Assembly: GCF_000143415.4 (NCBI RefSeq)
Contig: NW_003314272.1
Coordinates: 1,212,184 to 1,276,183, forward strand
Length of the DNA stretch: 64,000 nt
Source: Selaginella moellendorffii
Lineage: Eukaryota > Plantae > Lycopodiophyta
Direction of reading: 5' to 3'
Of this stretch, positions 61,712 through 64,000 are shown piece after piece. The notes beneath the pieces were generated by a model that saw nothing but the letters and a program-made list of their open reading frames with translations, ran no database searches and was not told where the DNA came from. How positions within the stretch are numbered: position 1 is the stretch's first letter; the number at the start of each line of letters is the position of its first letter. The translations under genes and the position numbers were made by a program.

Positions 61712-63457
61712 TCACATTAAATACAATCTTGAGCGCTCCTTGCTCCCCTGACAAGTGTTCGCTAGGATCAAGTAGGACGAGGTGCTCACTGGAGATAGCC
61801 TAAGTGCCGACTTTGCAGCTTTGGCAGCGATGGTGTGATCCTTTTGAGTGCTGCTCGCAGCAAGCAAGCACCTCCAGTCGATGGCGTCCGGCGGGAATGG
61901 CATCTCCGCGACAAGCTCCTTGGCCTCTCTCGTGTGCCCGGCTCGCGCCAGCAAATCCACCATGCAGCTAAACGCTAGCTTGCTCGGCTCCACTCCATAG
62001 TCCGCCACCATCGAGTAGAAGCATCTCCAGCCAGCGGCGAGAGCTCCAACGCGACTACATGCCGCGAGAACGCACACGAAAGCGGCCTCGTCGGGCTTGC
62101 GCCCGCCTCCAGCATCCATCTCCCGCAGCAGCTCCAAGCACGCCTCAAATTCGCCCTTGACGGCGTAGGCCCCGAGCAGGGAATTCACCGCCACTCCATC
62201 CCTCTCGGGCATTCCTTCCAGCAGCTTCTCGGCGTGGCGGACGAGCCCCTTGCTCGTGTAGGCCGAGACCATGGCGTTCCACGAGACCGAGTTCCTGACG
62301 GGCATGGCGTGGAAGACAGCTCTCGCCTTCCCCGCGAGCTTGTTTTGAGCGTAGGCCGCGAGCGTCACGGTCCACGACACTACGTCCTTGCCTGGGATCC
62401 GAGAGAAGAGAGTTTCCATCTCTTGGACGTGGCCGGTTTGAGCGTAGGCCGTGAGCAGCGACGTCCAGCTCCCGGTGTTGCGCTCGGGCATTTGATCATA
62501 CAGGCTCGTGGCCTCCTCGAGCCGGCAATGCCCCTTTTGGGCATACGAATCCAGCATCGTGTTCCAGGAGATGATGTCTCGTTCAGGCATCCCATCGAAA
62601 AAGAGCTTTGCGTCGTCGATCTTCCCGGACAGGGTGTAAGCAGCCAGCATTGAGTTCCAGGACACCAAGTTTGGTTGCGGCACTAGATCAAACAGCCTCT
62701 TTGCTTGATCCAATTGCCCATCTCGGGCAAATGCTGCTAGCATCACGTTCCAGGAGACTGAATCCAGCTCCGGCATCGATGTGAAGACATTTTTTGCCGA
62801 TTCGATGTCTCCACTTTGTGAAAATGCCGATAAGATTGCGGTCCATGAGACCAAGCTCCACTCCGCCATGCAATCAAAGACTCGTTTGGTTTGCAAAATA
62901 TGCCCGGTTTGGGCATATCCGGATAGAAGAGCGTTCCAAGTCACAAGGTTCCTTTCTTCCATGCTGGAAAACACTCGGGTAGCCGAATCGAAGTCATTGC
63001 TGTTGATGTAGCTCGTCAAGAGGGCTGTCCACGAGATCACGTTCCACTCTGGGATCTCGTCAAACAGGAGCTTTGCTTGGAGGACATACCCCGAGTGAGC
63101 ATACGCTCCCAAGAGAGAGTTCCAAACAACCAAGTCCCACGCGGGCATTCGATCGAACAGAGCCTTTGCTTCACGAATTTCGCCGCTGTGAGTGTAGGCG
63201 GAGAGGAGAAGAGACCACGAGTAGGAATTTCTCTTGTGGTCGAGGATGCCATCGAAGACCGCTCTTGCGGTGCTGGAACTCTTAAACTTGCCGTAGACAA
63301 GGATGAGAACGTTGGAGAGGTAGGTCCTGGCGCGCAGGAGCTCTGGATCGATCCGAGCATGGATGCTCTTCACCTGCGCGAGCGTGGTGCACGATCGGAT
63401 TAGACCATCCAAGGCTTCTACTTCGACAGCACTGGAAGATCGAGAATGATCGAGCAT
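61712..63457 (-). CDS. PLS-class PPR protein with E-type C-terminus, no DYW domain
   Basis: ~31-aa repeats (FDxMPExNxVSWxALLxAY), FSCMVDLLARAG, DWRCLLAA, SSYLILAN. Confidence 0.93.
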   Translation of the reverse strand: MLDHSRSSSAVEVEALDGLIRSCTTLAQVKSIHARIDPELLRARTYLSNVLILVYGKFKSSSTARAVFDGILDHKRNSYSWSLLLSAYTHSGEIREAKALFDRMPAWDLVVWNSLLGAYAHSGYVLQAKLLFDEIPEWNVISWTALLTSYINSNDFDSATRVFSSMEERNLVTWNALLSGYAQTGHILQTKRVFDCMAEWSLVSWTAILSAFSQSGDIESAKNVFTSMPELDSVSWNVMLAAFARDGQLDQAKRLFDLVPQPNLVSWNSMLAAYTLSGKIDDAKLFFDGMPERDIISWNTMLDSYAQKGHCRLEEATSLYDQMPERNTGSWTSLLTAYAQTGHVQEMETLFSRIPGKDVVSWTVTLAAYAQNKLAGKARAVFHAMPVRNSVSWNAMVSAYTSKGLVRHAEKLLEGMPERDGVAVNSLLGAYAVKGEFEACLELLREMDAGGGRKPDEAAFVCVLAACSRVGALAAGWRCFYSMVADYGVEPSKLAFSCMVDLLARAGHTREAKELVAEMPFPPDAIDWRCLLAASSTQKDHTIAAKAAKSALRLSPVSTSSYLILANTCQGSKERSRLYLM

Positions 63458-63469
63458 TCTTTTGATCGA

Positions 63470-64000
63470 TCATGGGTGTTCTTCCGAAAGAACCGGTCGA
63501 CCACCTTCCTCACGCAAAAGATTGACGAGACCAACGTACGAGAAGGACGAGGTCTCGGCTGCCGCCATGGCCTTCTCTCCCAAGTCAAGATTCCTGTGAG
63601 TCATGCAAGCTCCAAGGATCGTCCCCCACGCGATCCCATGCGGCGAAAACGGCATCGTCTGGATGAGCTCCTCGGCCTTGGCGAGCTCCCCAGCTCGGGC
63701 CAGGAGATCGATCATGCAGCAGTAGTGCTCGATCCTGGGAGCCAGCTCGTAGTCGGAGGAGATGGATCTAAAGCAGCCGAGGCCCTGCTCGAGCAGCCCG
63801 GCGCGACTGTACGCTGCGAGCACGCTGGTGAGGAGGGATTCATCTGCTCTCACACCGTCACCTTGCAAAGCTCGAAAGAGCGCGATCGTTTCGGTGATAT
63901 ACCCGTTCTGGGCGTACGCTCCCAGGAGCAAGTTCCACGACACCAGATCCTTCCGAGGCATGAGCTCGAAGGTGATGCTCGCCTTCTCCATCAATCCGGC
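63470..64000 (-). CDS. 3' end of another PLS/E-class PPR protein (truncated by window edge)
   Basis: KDLVSWNLLLGAYAQNG, HYCCMIDLLARAG, AWGTILGAC, SYVGLVNL. Confidence 0.9.
   Translation of the reverse strand, partial: AGLMEKASITFELMPRKDLVSWNLLLGAYAQNGYITETIALFRALQGDGVRADESLLTSVLAAYSRAGLLEQGLGCFRSISSDYELAPRIEHYCCMIDLLARAGELAKAEELIQTMPFSPHGIAWGTILGACMTHRNLDLGEKAMAAAETSSFSYVGLVNLLREEGGRPVLSEEHP

Overview
Eukaryotic land-plant genomic DNA. The dense genes, ~50-85 nt GT-AG introns and arrays of 31-aa PPR motifs suggest a lycophyte such as Selaginella; this is an inference from sequence style only. Intact-looking genes are three alpha-expansins, two class III peroxidases, a HAD/cN-II-type 5'-nucleotidase, a 25-aa ribosomal protein L41 missed by the ORF track, an LRR receptor-like protein, three PLS/E-type PPR genes, a KDM5/JARID1-type JmjC demethylase and two paralogues of a small plant-specific protein. 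An ABCC/MRP transporter carries an inferred 10-nt deletion that removes the NBD1 Walker B. Two decayed regions (0.5-11 kb and 37.8-55.3 kb) hold pseudogenes, a mini copia element with intact LTRs/PBS/PPT/TSD, a non-coding LTR element plus solo LTR, and gypsy remnants. The most unusual item is a spliced ~610-aa gene (5672-3782, minus) with a small header exon, a PD-(D/E)xK-like domain and an atypical kinase, resembling Crinkler/CR-type effectors. An inverted dead copy of its header exon lies nearby, and a decayed coiled-coil + trypsin-like gene further along may belong to the same class. All family assignments come from motif recognition by eye; no searches were run.
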